Shown here piece after piece: positions 12,241 through 26,235 of a stretch of 64,000 nucleotides of DNA. Source of the DNA: the human T2T-CHM13v2.0 reference genome, Homo sapiens. The notes under the pieces are model-generated. The model searched no databases and had not been told where the DNA came from. It worked only from the letters and a program-made list of their open reading frames with translations. The translations under genes and the position numbers were made by a program. Numbering within the stretch: the stretch's first letter is position 1; each line of letters opens with the position of its first letter. Where the stretch lies: assembly GCF_009914755.1 (NCBI RefSeq), contig NC_060926.1; one strand, written 5' to 3'.

Positions 12241-15202
12241 ATATGATAGATTTTATGCATGTAACTTCTTACTCTAGAGTGACTCAGAGCATCATTTTCT
12301 GTATCAATCTTCTTTCTTACGTGTCTAATATATTCATTTTGGAATTAGCATTTGAAAAATATTTTATATACCAGGGATGTACTTTTTTGTAACCAGATTC
12401 ATCAAATTCTGTTCCCAAATTTCCTATGAGAAAGCTTATAGGGGTCATGGAGGAATGAGACAAAGACTGAGCTGTGCTGATTCCCAGACCTTTGTGAACA
12501 CTGTAAATTCAGACCAGTTTAATTATCAGCCAATTGGTTATTCTATCATTGCAATGAAGCATTTCTTTCTTATTCACTGAGCTAATACAACATTTCCCCC
12601 TTGTTGCTGTCTATGGTCCAGCCACAAATAACTAGATGGCACTATCACCCTAATTTACTTATAGGCAGAGTGATTTTTGCCAAAGAAGGTATTGCAAAAA
12701 TTTCTGCTTTTGCTCCAAAATCTACCCTAATGATTTACAGATGATCTCTCATTTTGAGTTAGTTAAAATTGTTACCCATCTGAGTTTACTCGTGGCTTCA
12801 GGTTAAATCAAAGTTCCTTGAAAAAAGTGAAAACATTTTTTAAATTCCCATATTTCTAAATTTTGTTAAATGCCAACATGAGTTACTGAGGCCCCACTGT
12901 AAACAGCCAACATCTGGGATAACGTCAGGTAATCTGGAAAGGTCAAAACCCCCGAAATTTAATAAGAGGAATCTATACATTGGTATGTGTTCTCCTGCAT
13001 TAGAACTCACTTTGACTTGACTTGTTAGCACGGGACGTTAAACATCTAGGGGAGGATAGAGAGGACAATGGAAGCCTTTCTCAATATAGATTGAAATCTT
13101 CCACAAGAAAGCTTGGCATGGGCTGACATTTGACTGACTTATATTTTTTAAGAACCAAAACAGAAGGAATCACTGCACCTCCATTTCACTACTTTTGCCA
13201 CGGATGATGAAGATGAGGAAGAGGATGAAGAGGGTGATAGTGAAGGTGTAAGCTGTTACCTAAATGTATGCTCCATTAACTGTCAATTCACGACTTCTGT
13301 CTGTTGTGTTATGATTAATTGCCTGGCTTGGGTTAGCAGTAGGCTATCTCAAATGACTCCTCATGAATTCCAGGATTCCTTCTTATGAAATGTGATAAAA
13401 TACCTTTAGCTAAGTTTCCTTCTTTTCCTTCAGAAAATACATGAAATCATAGATTGCAGCTTACCCACACACAAATAAAACTGGGGATAGAATCTGCTGA
13501 TCAAAATCACACTAGAAACCTAGGTTGTATTACTCCAGAAAGCCCATGACCCCATTACTTACTTTCTCACTTGGAAAGAATTCCTGTGAAAGATGATCGG
13601 GAGGTATTTTCACAAATGCTGCATTTGATACACAATGATGGAATGATCTTCATTTAGCAACAGGAAAGGGACTGGAGAAAACTGGAAATTCATACTTAGC
13701 ATTTTCTTCCTGGCCCAACAACAAAAACATCAATGTCTGTGTGTTGGATCTATACATAGGATCAACACCCTGGGCACGTCTGACTGCCTGTTACATTTAT
13801 AATTTGCTTTACTTTTAAAACATTTTCTCCGTAGCAACGTAGTATTCTGTGAGGTTGGCTTTCATGCGATTTCCATTTTGGAGCTGCCGGACTCTGGCTC
13901 CGAGAGTTTGGGGTGCCTGTGAACCACCCAGCTGGTAACGGTGATGTCACGCTTAGAGGCAGGACTAATGCTTAGTGCTTTTCCTCCCCCACAGGACCCC
14001 ACTCATTGTCCTCTAATACTACAGGTATCTCATTATTGTCTGAAATTGCATCAATCCTTCCCTACACATGGGGGGAATGTCCAGGACAAAATGTAATATT
14101 GAAAAACATAAGACATGGGCCTGAGATTCATGAGCTAGAAGAGCACTTAAGCTTTTGCACTCTGCCTCCCTTCTAGGCTTTGTATGTTTTCAAGAGAATT
14201 CTCAGGAAGCATTTCTTTATGATTATTCAGTTAATGTTGATCTCTCAATCAAAAGGTAAATGGTACTCCCTGCAAGATCACATTTATGATTATAGCAAGA
14301 AAATGTGTGAGGAAATGTGCAATTTGAATTTACCTTTAGCCTAAAATACGTAGAATGTATGAAGTCTGAATTTCAAGATACATGGGGTATAGCACTACAA
14401 ACTACAATCCACTGGACATGACCTCCAATGAACTTTGGAGATTTTGGAAGCAGTCAAAAGAACATAAGGGCCACGGGGGTCTACTTTTATTACAGCATTA
14501 GGTTGTTTGTTGCTTTTATTTCTCTACTTTGTTTTTCTGTACAGTGCAGTATGAGTCATTGCATTTCTCGTGGGAGAAAAGTCACTGTATTCATCACTTT
14601 TTGTCAAGCCGAAGCACAATAATAAAAGAAACATTCAAGGAAAGGAAAGTTTGGACGACTTTTGTCATGCAGCCAATGAGAATTGACAAATAGGGTGATG
14701 CGGAATTAAAACTTACGTCTAAAAGAACTATTAATATTCTTAGCTCCTCCAAGTCCTATTAACTAGGAAAATTTGGATTTAGAAAAGAAAAAAATAGAAT
14801 TTAATGTAAACAAGTACTGAATGTATGAAGTCCTTTCCAAACATAATAGTCCCACAAATTGAGTAGTATTAGATGAATTATTAGTTGCAGGATATGTAGG
14901 GGAAATAGGTGAACTAGCTTAAATGGGAGTCTGAAGTAGAAGGTGATAAGATTAGTAGAGTCAGTTTTTTATGAATGTTCTTAGAAGGATTTTTAAATGT
15001 TTTTGAGTTCAATTCAACTAAGTGCTTGAGACGAGGGGTTAGGTGGTTTCCCTGGCAGCAGGCAGTGTACCAGTCCTTAGTGTGAAGTGGCACCAACTTG
15101 CCAGTTCCCGAAGTGGATCAGGAAATATCTCCACTTGCTCAGTTACAAGCCGAGACAAATGTGTGCTGTTAGTTCAGGTGCTCCTTATTAAGATTTATGA
15201 AC

Positions 15203-15515
<313 letters not shown>

Positions 15516-16419
15516 CATTTATGAACAAGTGCCTGCATTCTGTGGTGCCCCCAAGAGCGAAGAAATGACTGAAGGATCCTCATGGCATACCAAGGAGGCC
15601 ATGCCAAGCTTTTGACCCCTGGAGCAGCATTCCTAGATGAGAATTTCCATCCTTTCCTTCAGCTGGGAGAAGAAAGCTTGAGACATCTGGTTCCTGATAG
15701 AATAGGGGATATGAAGAGAAGAAGCAATGAGCTTCCTAACTTCCCTACCTTTGGAAGACACAAGTGCTCTCCTATGTAGCCTGACTTGTTCTTCATCACC
15801 CCTATTAAAGCCCTGGGCCAGTGGATCTCAAAATGAAAATGTGGTCCTCCAACAGGCAGCAATACTATCAGCCAGGGACTTTTCTATCTGTGAGAGGGAA
15901 CTGAAAGCCCTACTCCTTGAACCCAGACCTAGTTCCCACCAAAGCTGACCTTTTAACGCTTGAGCTTTACTGCCCCCTTGCACATGGGAGGCATAATTTC
16001 TGTGGCTTCTGTGTGCGTCTACAGTGCATGAAGTGCTGAGGCACAGAATACAGTAGGATTAGGAGGCGACACGAAGGCCTTCAGTTCATGTTGAGTCTCT
16101 GATTGCGATCTGGGGGTGGAGCATAGTCTAGTCTATAGAGGAGCTCGAGTCTGCACATCTGCACATTGTACAGGTGAGCCAGATGTGTGTGTCTCCTTAC
16201 CAAGAGAGCCCCCTTCCAGCTAGGTACACATTGTGAGTCAGCCCAGGAGAAGGAATGAGGCTTTCAAATGCCACGGGCAGGCAGGTCAATCAGAAAGCAC
16301 CTTAAGAGCAGCTCTCTGCATTGCAATGAAGAGATCAAGCAGTGGAAAAGGAAGGAAAATAAGATGGGGTTTCTGTTTTGAAATTGCATCTTAGACCAAG
16401 AATCATACTGCTCTTGTGG

Positions 16420-16505
16420 CTGAGGCACTACAGGTTAAATGATTTGCCCAAGGTCATATAGAAAGTCAATGGCAAGAATAGGCTCAACTCAGAATCCTGA
16501 AAGTC
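16420..16505 (-). mobile_element. MIR core fragment
   Basis: GGTTAAATGATTTGCCCAAGGTCATATAG. Confidence 0.65.
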
Positions 16506-16731
16506 ATAGTTTTTAAAAAGCAGCCCACAGTGGTTCAATTTCTTGAACAATTCCTGCATGTGAATTTGGCTGCTTGCATGCCCTGCCCTGGAAGATGTAT
16601 TCTCATTGTGTGTTCACCCACGAACTCAGTATATAGGAAGTTGCCTCTTAGATGTGGGGTATTTTTGAACTGCACAGTTAAGAATTTTCCCAAGTCCATA
16701 TCCATAAGGTGATCAGATTGTTGTAAGATGC

Positions 16732-17090
16732 TGCTTTAGTCTGTTTTGTGTCTCCATAACAGAATACCACAGACTGGGTAATTTGTAAAGAAAATAAATT
16801 TATTTCTCACAGTTCTGAGGTTGGGAAGTCCAATATCAAGGTGCTGGCATCTGGTGAAGACCTCTGTGCTGTGTCAGCCCGTGGTGGCAGGCTGATGGGC
16901 CAGTGAGTGTGAGAGAGCAAGATATGATACTCACAGCCTCCAGCCCTATTATAATGGGCATTAATCCATTCATGAAGGTGGAGCCCTCATGACCTAAACA
17001 CCTCCCGTTAGGGTCCACCTCCCAACACTGTTGCATTTGGGATTAAGTTTCCAACACATGCTTTCTGGGGGACACATTCAAACCAGAGCA
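16732..17090 (-). mobile_element. MaLR solo LTR (MSTC/MSTD-like), complete
   Basis: TG...CA termini and a perfect 5-bp TSD GATGC (16727-16731, 17091-17095). Contains ATAACAGAATACCACAGACTGGGTAATTT. Confidence 0.92.
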
Positions 17091-19297
17091 GATGCTGTTC
17101 TCTCATCTCTCAGGATTTGCTCTCACTTGGGCCATATGTTAAGGAAGCAACAGTTTAAAAAGAGAGCCCTCCTTCCCCCACCCACTCATACTTTCCCATC
17201 CTCACTTGGCCAGTAAAGAATAGCATAGCCTCTTATGTAGCCTCTTCAGTGTACAAGAAAGTTCCTCATAAAGGGCTGAAGAACTGAGCTGATTAGGTGA
17301 AAGGTGTTCAGGCAAATCGTCAGGAATTGTGTCCTTGCTTTCTGGAAACTGAAAGGGGCAGTGGGCAAGCCTTGATGAAAAGCTGCTGTGTTGAGTCTCA
17401 TACGTCCACGTCCACCTGCAGGTCTGCCTAGGGGCAGCAGGCCTCTGAAAAACGATTGCTTAAGCTGCCCTGATTTCTGGGGTCCAAAAGTCTATGTCAT
17501 TGCAAAGAGTCTGGATGGATTTCAAAAAGAAAGTACGTTCCACTTTATTTAGGATGGCTCTTTCAGCGTGGGTGTCTTTGCTGCTTCCGGCTGCATAAAT
17601 TATTATTATAATGACATTCCCCCTGACCCAAACCCCTTGGTCTTGGCTCTGTGCACATGTGTAAATCTAACAAATGTCTGTACAGCTCTAATCGTCCTTT
17701 CCTCGTACTTACAGAGGATAGCATTTCTAAGTGGCTTTATTTTACATTATCCTCAGTGTTTTGTCAAAGAAGCAAAGGAGTCAAACGTGCCTGTGTTGAG
17801 TTGGAGACCTACGAACCCTCTGTGGTCCGGCTTCTATTTCTGAATAGACAGGGTCGTCGATAGGTGGACTTCATCTTTGAATATAATTGTGTGGGTTTTT
17901 TAAAATCTGTCTCTAATAAATATATAATCATAGAAAGTGTATTACTCAGGCAATTATTTAAATAGATTTACATCATAACATGTTTCTGGTGTTTCTAGCC
18001 TGTTTAACATTCAGAGTGATATGGACTATAAAATTATTTAAATCTAATGATTTGTTGTTTCAAAAAGTTGCTGTTGTTAGGTTGATAATGTCTCCTGAAA
18101 GAAAATAACAAATGAAACATTTCTCTTCCCTCCCTCTTTCCCCCATTAGTTAAAGCTAAGTTTTGTTAGGAGCTTTTAAAGATTGTTCTAAATAGATTTC
18201 AAATTCTGTTATTTCTTCCTCACCATTGGCATGGATTACAAACCTATCATCCTTGTCACTATAATTAACAGTGCTCACATTTATTAATTGACTATGGTTT
18301 TTAGTTTCCAACCCCACCCACACCCCTAAAACCTGCCTTGACAGGCTTTATGACTTAAAACATACACAAAGCTATATTCAGGATTTGTAGGCTAACAAAT
18401 ATTATAGAGACATGATATAAGTGAAATTAACATGGGAATTTTACCTTTGAAGAAGAAAAGACAACAATGCTTTAAAGGGCATATGCAGGCCTAAATAGCT
18501 TCTCTCTTCAAAAGGGTCAATGCTGTTTAGACTTTTCCACAACCATTTTATTGGCACATTTTTAAAATACAGGAGAAGAACCACATTGCCTGCATAATGA
18601 TGGATGCTGAATTCAACCTCAGAGGAAAGTCAAGCTCTTCCTGGGAGGGTTGAATCAGGCTTCCTTGCTCTGTCTTTTCGTTTGCATTATTCAGTGGAAA
18701 AATACAAAGTGGCATAATGATGGGAATAAGTTATCTTTTATCAAATCTGACTTTAAAATTCAGGTTATGTAAAACACAGAAACGCATAGGAAATTCAATC
18801 AGAACCTCCAGTCACATTGTGTACTCTCTGTTCTTGGGCAACTGAACACTCCGCTGAGTCCATGCCTGGGAGCAAGTCTCAGATTCGCCCTTCCTGGCTA
18901 GAACACCTTTTGCCAGCAACTTCCACCAGGGGAAGCTCTGAGCACACCAGTGCTTCACAGGCAAACTGCGAAATTCAGGCAAGACAGGGCAAAGAAGGCA
19001 GCAGGGGAAGCTAACAAAAAGTCCTGAAATCGCTTTTGTAGAAACTAATGAGACTGGGTTTCTTTAGGATTATTACACTGTGATTTAACTACCAGTAGGG
19101 AATGTAGAGTGGAGTAAAGATGGAAACAGTATTTGGAACTAAAATCTTCCAGAACCTAACTTCTTTAATGGAGAAAACCCACTTGCTGTTTAAGAAGTGT
19201 AGTCCTTCAAGGAGCTGAAATCACTGTTTTGCTTCTTAATCCCTCATCTATAGGTTATTGAAAGCTACTCTCATTCATTCTAGTTCACCTTGGTTTT

Positions 19298-19329
19298 ACA
19301 CACACGCACACACACATACACACACACAC
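19298..19329. repeat. (CA)n microsatellite, interrupted
   Basis: Seen directly. Confidence 0.9.
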
Positions 19330-20676
19330 TCCCATAAATGATAAATTCGATGTCTGTAGAAAGACAGTCACCTAATTGCACAGTGAAGCAGAAGAAAGCC
19401 TTGCAAATGGTATACAATTTTCAAAGTGTTCCAAGCCTTAGGCAAAAGCCTTTCAACTGTGTCTAAAACTGAATGATAAAATATGTTGTACAAATTATCT
19501 GTGAACAGGAAACATGTGGTAGTGGCAGAGGACTGAAATGTAACACTTGTAAAGAAATGGGAACTGCCAGTCATTTAGACCCTTTCTTTCTTTCTTTTTT
19601 CTTTTTCTTTTTTTTTTAAGTTGCAAGTTTCATCATTTTTTTTTTTACCCTCCGTTGATGTTCAAGTTTATAATAAGACACTTATCAGATTACACCGGGC
19701 CAATTGCAGCTTTATTTTAGAAACAACAACAAAAACCAAACAGATGAGGCTAAAGATTTGGTGTTGCCCATCCCCTCCCCCTTTGAGGGACTCCTTAAAA
19801 ATTTCTCTGCTCTGTTGTTTCAGGAGCCCTGGTGATTTGTGTGTGGAATTTTTAAAAGGATGGAAAATCTCCTGAAATAGGAAGCATGCAAAGCTCAGGT
19901 GATTGCAAGTTGCATAAATGTTTCTCCATCCTTTATTTTCACAAAGGCGAAGGTGCTGGTTAATCTTCACTAAAGGGCAGAAGGGGTTCCACTGGGATGC
20001 TATCTGCTGTCTCCTCACACTCTGTGTTACTCTTGGAATGTCGTGTCAGAGTTTTTCTCTTTCCAAGATGCATCCATTCTTTCTCAGTGAAACCAGTCAA
20101 GATTGCCTATGATCCCTATTGAGGGAATTTGTGATTAACCCCTACTATGTATCACCTAGTCTCCTCAATCCTTGATGAACTCACACAAACTATATATATA
20201 TTTCAAGCCGTATGCAGCTCTCTGAGGAAAGTTAAAGTGTTAGTAAATTTCATATTTAGAGAAAAAGGAAAAGAGAGAGAAGTCTGTTCTGCTACATTTG
20301 TTTTCTATCAGGAAGTTACTCAGCTTTCATCTCAGTGCTCAGTGGCACCCTTATTTTAGCTTGTCTTTTATCACATGACTGCTTGATGACCTTTAAATTA
20401 GCATGCTTACTATTCTGCCTGGTATACAGATCCGCCTTCTTATTACTGGGGCTGACCCTGGATGAAATGCCTTGGGATAGTCATCAAAAATGAAAGAGGA
20501 GAAAACAGTTTAATTTGCAGCCCAAACTCCATCACCAGCAAAAACAGTTAGTTGAAACAGTCTCCTCCTAGTGAACAAGCATGGGCATTAGACTGGCATA
20601 GTCTGCACAGTCAAATACATACCCCCCCATTCCTGGAGCTAGACATTACATCATCCTGCTCTGACATTGCAAATTG

Positions 20677-20790
20677 TTTCCTTCCTTCCTTCCCTCCCTC
20701 CCTCCCTCCCTCCCTCCCTCCTTTCCTTCCTTCCCTCCCTCCCTCCCTTACTCTTTCCCTTTATTCCTTCTCATCTTCCTCTTTTCTTTT
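20677..20790. repeat. (CCTT/CCCT)n polypyrimidine tract
   Basis: Seen directly. Confidence 0.92.
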
Positions 20791-21419
20791 AATTGCACAA
20801 ATTATTCAACACTTCTTTTGTGTCAGTCACAGAAAGAAGCTGTGGTTTTGATGGTGAATACGGTATGGTCTATCTCAGGAGTTCTTGGTGTGGCGGGAAA
20901 ACTGGAACAAATTCATAGAAGGAATCACAGCACCAGACTTCTCTCTCCCAATATGCCAGAGTGTGTGTCTTGCACTCTTCAAGACACAGTTATCACATTT
21001 TGGTGTTCTTGCAGTATTGCTTTGGAATGCCAATCTTTCCATCCAATTTCCCTGCATTTCAGCACGTTGCTCAGAGGGCATATGGTTCTCCTTCTTACCC
21101 TCTGTCTCATACAATCATTCCTACCTTTATAGCTTCCTAGTCTATTTTTTAAATCCTATTCTGCAATGTCTCCTTTTCCCTTTTAATTTAGCAAAGCTCC
21201 TCCACTTCTTGTAAGTTCATATTATGTAGGCATTTTTAATGAAACCTCTGCTAATACTGGTTGTTTCTCATTTAGAGTATTTACACATTTTGGTATACAT
21301 TAGATATGTTTTTTTTTCTCTTCCACTGATCCTGTATCATTTCTCTTTTTACCACAAACAAGACTGAGAGCAAGAATTACATCATACACTACTTTTTTAA
21401 ATAAACTCAATAGCATCTA

Positions 21420-21655
21420 ATGATAATAGCAAACATCGGTTGAGTACTTACTGTCCCATAGGCAATGTGCTAAGCTCTTTCCACCTGTTATGCCATTTCA
21501 TACTGATGATAATCTTATGATTTAGAGTATTACTACTTTCTACATTTTTTTTGGCAAGGAAATTGAAGAAGAGATTTTTAAAGCTAGCTTGTTAAACTGG
21601 CAAAGTAAATTTTAACCTACAGATCTTGGCTCCAGAGTCCATGCTCTCTTATGCC
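21420..21655 (-). mobile_element. MIR (MIRb-like)
   Basis: ATAATAGCAAACAT...GAGTACTTACTGT...GTGCTAAGC ... GGCTCCAGAGTCCATGCTCT. Confidence 0.75.
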
Positions 21656-22699
21656 GAGCATCTAGGGAGTTTTCAATAAACATCTGCTCAAGTGAATTGA
21701 ATGGGAGACAATTTGCAAATCTGAGAACAATTGAGAAGCCTGTTACAAGAATGCCTAGGGTGAATGAAGGGGATAGATAGTGAGTACATTTTTTTGCCAT
21801 ATGAATGGGTTTTGAGGTTCGGATGTATTTAACCTTCACCCATTACAGGGCATATTTTGCCACGCGGGCATGTGGAGGAATCTGGGAAAAGTGAAATACA
21901 GAAGGTAGGCAAATGGGCTTCATTATGGTTCTCTGGCTCAAAAAACAGCCAAGAAATGTAATAGAGGAGTTAGCCCATTTTTGTTGCAATGCATTTTTAA
22001 ATGTATTTAAGAAATTTCCGGTGCTTCACAAATTCTGTTAACTTGTTGCTTAGATGTTTCCTACTGATGTCCTTCACTCCTTCCTTCTTTCTCTTCCTCC
22101 ATCCTTCCTTACTGTGGCCATAGGACTAAATGATAGTTGTGCAATTCTGGGGATTGTACCAAAGTCAGAAACAGGACTTAAACCCCATTGTCACACACAG
22201 AATCGTTTTTGTTCGTTTGTTTGTTTTAGTGAAAACACTAAAGTATTACCACTGTTTTCCACAGTCAGATACAGAGAATGCTGTTATCCATGACATCAGA
22301 GCATTGGTAAATGGAGCAGGACATTATATAACCCTGCACCTGCAGGCCTGTTTCCATGGGCGAAGCCAAATTTATAACTGTGCCCTTTGTGATCTGATAA
22401 TCTCAGAGAAAAGAATGACTCTTGAACTTTGCCCAGTGGTCATTCTATAGCTAGTTATATTATATTTTCATCTAGTCTGCATTTTCCTCTCATACATGGC
22501 TGTTGATAGCCTGAGGAGAAAGGCAGTAGATGTGTTATGATTAATTCGTAAACTATATAACATGATTACATTGTAAACAAACCCCTTGAAAGGTCCGGGT
22601 CCTTGCACCAGCCAAGAACATGTAAAGCCATCTGGTGCATACACCATAGAAGGTTTCCCCTAGTTAGAGGAGATAGTGACTGTTTCTTGCGGACTAGCA

Positions 22700-24790
22700 G
22701 AATGGAAGCAGCCATCCCCCTCTCCACTCCTACTCTGACCATTACTCTTTGGGTAATCAATCAATTTTCCACTGAACTCTCAAAAATCCTTTATTTTGCC
22801 ACCCACATAGGGATTTACTTGGACTATTTAAGCATTTCTCACTCTGCGCCTTTCATTATCTGTAGTCATTTCTATCTCATGCCTTTAGGCATCTTCAATC
22901 CCCAGGCTATTTTCCTCATATCCCAGGCTCTCTGACTTCTCTTTTTAGCTTTTCTACCTTTGTATCCAGCCTAGTCCCTTGGACCACTTCATCTGCATCT
23001 CCATATAGCCTTAATGTCCTTGCTGTTCTCCCTTTCCGACTGAATGTACCCCCCACCCGATGCCAGACCAAATCCTCCTAGAGCTGCTGAGCAACTCTGA
23101 ACAAAAGCACGTACCATTTGTATTCCCACATGCCCCTGGTCCATTCCAAGCCTCTTTGTTTCTCCTTAGACTTATTTTCCTCATCTCCATGCTTATTCCC
23201 AGCAGATTCTGAGCTTGTCTCTGGTTCCAGAAGAGAATGCTCAGGCTTGAGTTTTCTCAACCACACACCCACATACCTACCAACGTATTTATGTAGGTTT
23301 TCCTCAACTCTTCCCTCAGTAAGTTTCCTCTCCCTCTCTCCTTTGTTCTTTCTTCCCTTCTGTCCTACCTTTCTTTCCATCCTCCTTTTATCTCCAAATA
23401 AACAGAGAAAAACTGCTTTCTATTCTCTTCCTCATCTAACTTCCAGCCTAACTCCATCTCTTCTTGAGAGTCAATTTTTGCCTCCTTTCACACTTTTCTC
23501 TATCGATTTTCTCTTCTCTTTATAAAGGTTTTTTAACTTCCTCTTTTCTGCTACCCAATTTTTATCAGCATAGAAACATGCTCAAATATCTCCCATCAGT
23601 AAAAGTCTTATTCATATTGTACCTTCTTGCAGCCTTTGCCCTATTCCTCTCCTGCCCTTCATAGCCAGCCTGCTTAAGCAAGAAGTTGACACCAGCAGTG
23701 GCTACTATCTCACTTCTTTAATCTGCTGAAATCTGCTTTCTATCCTTGCACTCCTCTGGGACTGCTCTTTCTAATGCCAATCATTTCCAGATGCAGGATC
23801 CGGGGAACAATTTCCAATCCGCCTGCTCACCTGATAGCTTTGCAATATTTGGCATTGCTAGCTACTGTCCTTTTGAATTTCACAACTCCTCTTTTTGCTT
23901 TTAAGACACTAAGGTCCCATGGTTTTCCTTTTTCCTCTCTGATACTCCTTAATTTCCTTTATTGGCTACAGTTTCTCATACCACCACTAAATATTGGGAG
24001 TCACAAATACTCCCCTTAAATGTCTTTTCATGCTACACTCTCTCTGTACACCATTTCGTCTGCTTTATACCTTGTAAACAACAAAGTCTCCTGTTTATAT
24101 CTTCAGGCCTGATTACTCTTCCTACATTAAGACCATGCCATTGACTTCTTACTCTATATTTTCACCTAGACAAACAAAGTTATCTTAATTATGGTATATT
24201 CAAACAGAATGCCTCCACTATTCCTTTCTTTGCCACCCACACAGTTGTCTGATCCAAATACAGAGGAACTATCCTAGGTTCCAACTCTTTCTGATACCTG
24301 AGAGCAACTTCATTGACAAATCTTATGATTTCCTGAGCTCCCTTGAATATATCTTCTCAGCTTCTCCATGATTGCCCTTGCTTAAATGGTTGCTTCTCAC
24401 TTAGGGAGTGGCAAATGCCTCTTTTCTAGGCGCATCGCCATTAACCATACCATGAGCCTGCCATTCCTCTCTCCCTCTCACCATGTGTCCTCTGCTTCCT
24501 TCTGTTTCCTCCTACTGCATTCCTACTCAAGCATTGCTGTCTTTGGGATGCCTGTCATGACTTACTCAAGTTGTCATTCCTTTCTCTGTGATTTCATATT
24601 TCCCCTTATTCTAGTGGAACACTTTTATCACTTTGCATAATAAATACTTATTTACTTCTCCCTCCAAAACTAGACTGTGAGCTCCCGAAAGGCATGATTT
24701 TTTTGTTTATTGTTATGATGCAAACCATATTGTCAGCACCTGACTCGGTGCTTGGCACATGTTTTTGATAAATACAAGAAAGAATGAATA
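22700..24790 (+). mobile_element. L2 LINE, long degenerate copy with 3' end
   Basis: Pyrimidine-rich body ending ACTAGACTGTGAGCTCC...CTTGGCACATG...AGAATGAAT. The 5' boundary is uncertain. Confidence 0.7.
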
Positions 24791-24889
24791 GCTTAAAATT
24801 TCCAAAGAGATTATACACCTCCTCATAGCTATCTGCCCCCATTGTTTTGCACTTATTTAGTTGGTGAACTGAAAGAGAGTGGGTCACTG

Positions 24890-25062
24890 CATAGTGGAAA
24901 GAACACTGATTAACCTTGAGGAAAACTAGGCTGGTCCTGGTAATTAGGTGTATGACCTTGGGCAAGAAATTGCTTCTCTAGGTTTGTGCTTTCTTATCTC
25001 TAAAATCAGAGAACAGGATTAGATGATAAAAAAAGGTACTGCCAGCTCTAAAAATATTATAA
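24890..25062 (+). mobile_element. MIR3/MIRc fragment
   Basis: AGTGGAAAGAACACTG, TGACCTTGGGCAAG, CCAGCTCTAAAAAT. Confidence 0.7.
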
Positions 25063-25224
25063 CCTGAAATGCTTTCTTCTAAAATTCTAAACAAGGTGAT
25101 TCTTAGTTTTAGATCCTTGGTTAAGATCCCAGAATGTATGCTTAGATTTTCTGTGAACCATGTGAAATTGTGTTCAAGGTTTTATTGTTGTTGTTACTTG
25201 CCGTAGAAGAGCCTATGAATTGAT

Positions 25225-25687
25225 AAATAATATCCAGTCTCTTCTACTTTAGTAATAGAACATTTAAAGATTTAATTGATTGCATGGTCACTAAGACAGG
25301 TGTATTTTCCAGTCTTCTGTGAAGTTGGATGTGGCAAAGTGACAATGTTTTGAGTAAGCAAGTGACTGAAGGAGTGTGAGCCAAAGTGATGTGGGCATAT
25401 TTTTTATAACCATGTACCTGTCCTCCATTTCCTATTCCTCTCTTTTCTTGGAATGGAGCATGAATATGATGATGTTGAACAGTTTTGTTTAAGAAATGCA
25501 ATACTCCAGAAATTGACAGACCATTAAATCAGAGGGAACCTGGGTCCCTGAATGATCTTCTGTAGCTAAAGCTGTACCCCATCATCCCAGACTTTTCTGT
25601 AAAAGATAATTAACCCATCTATCTTGTTTTAGCCATGATTATGTTAGTTTCTCATAAAGCCTTGAGCCAATGTTGAACCCAGTATAT
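25225..25687 (+). mobile_element. MaLR LTR (MLT1J-like)
   Basis: GAACCTGGGTCCCTGAATGA and CTATCTTGTTTTAGCCA. Confidence 0.65.
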
Positions 25688-25757
25688 TTGCATACCTGCA
25701 TTTTTGGAAAGAGGGCCCATCGATTTCACCAAGTTTGCAAAAGATTCTGTGACCTCA

Positions 25758-26022
25758 TGTGACAGATTAAGGATGGCACAAATTCATTGACAGATCTCCC
25801 ACTGAGAAGTGAGTTTAGGTTCCTTCCCCTTGAACCTGAATAGATTCTGTGACTGCCTTGACCAATTGAACACAGTGTTAATAAAGTTGTGTCAGTTTCC
25901 AGCTCAAAGCCAAAAGAGAATGGTAGCTTCCTCTTCCTGTGTCTTGGAAAACTGGGTTTTGGAACCCCACCACCATGCTGTCAGGAAGCCCAAGCAGTCC
26001 ATAGAGACATCTATGTGGAGAA
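25758..26022 (+). mobile_element. MaLR LTR 5' half (MLT1G/H-like)
   Basis: TGTGACAGATTAAGGATGGCACAAATTC...CCACCATGCTGTCAGGAAGCCCAAGC. Confidence 0.75.
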
Positions 26023-26029
26023 GCTTCAA

Positions 26030-26235
26030 GGTGCTTTTATTATTCTTCTTCTTTAAAACTCACAACAATGCCATGAAGAATATATTAATGTCCTTATTCT
26101 ACAGATGAGGAAAACTTGGCACAAAGCATTTCAGTAACTAATTTACCCAAGGCTACTATTGGGAAGTGGTAGATTTCACCCTTGAACCCTGCAACCTAAC
26201 CCTAAGTCTTGCATGTTTCACCGTTATGCTATGCT
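26030..26235 (-). mobile_element. MIR
   Basis: CTCACAACAA...TACAGATGAGGAAAACTTGGCACA...TTACCCAAGG. Confidence 0.7.

Noticed and set aside
13203-13246. Acidic-coding-like GAT/GAA/GAG run
   Set aside because: Low-complexity purine tract with no extended ORF or clear acceptor.
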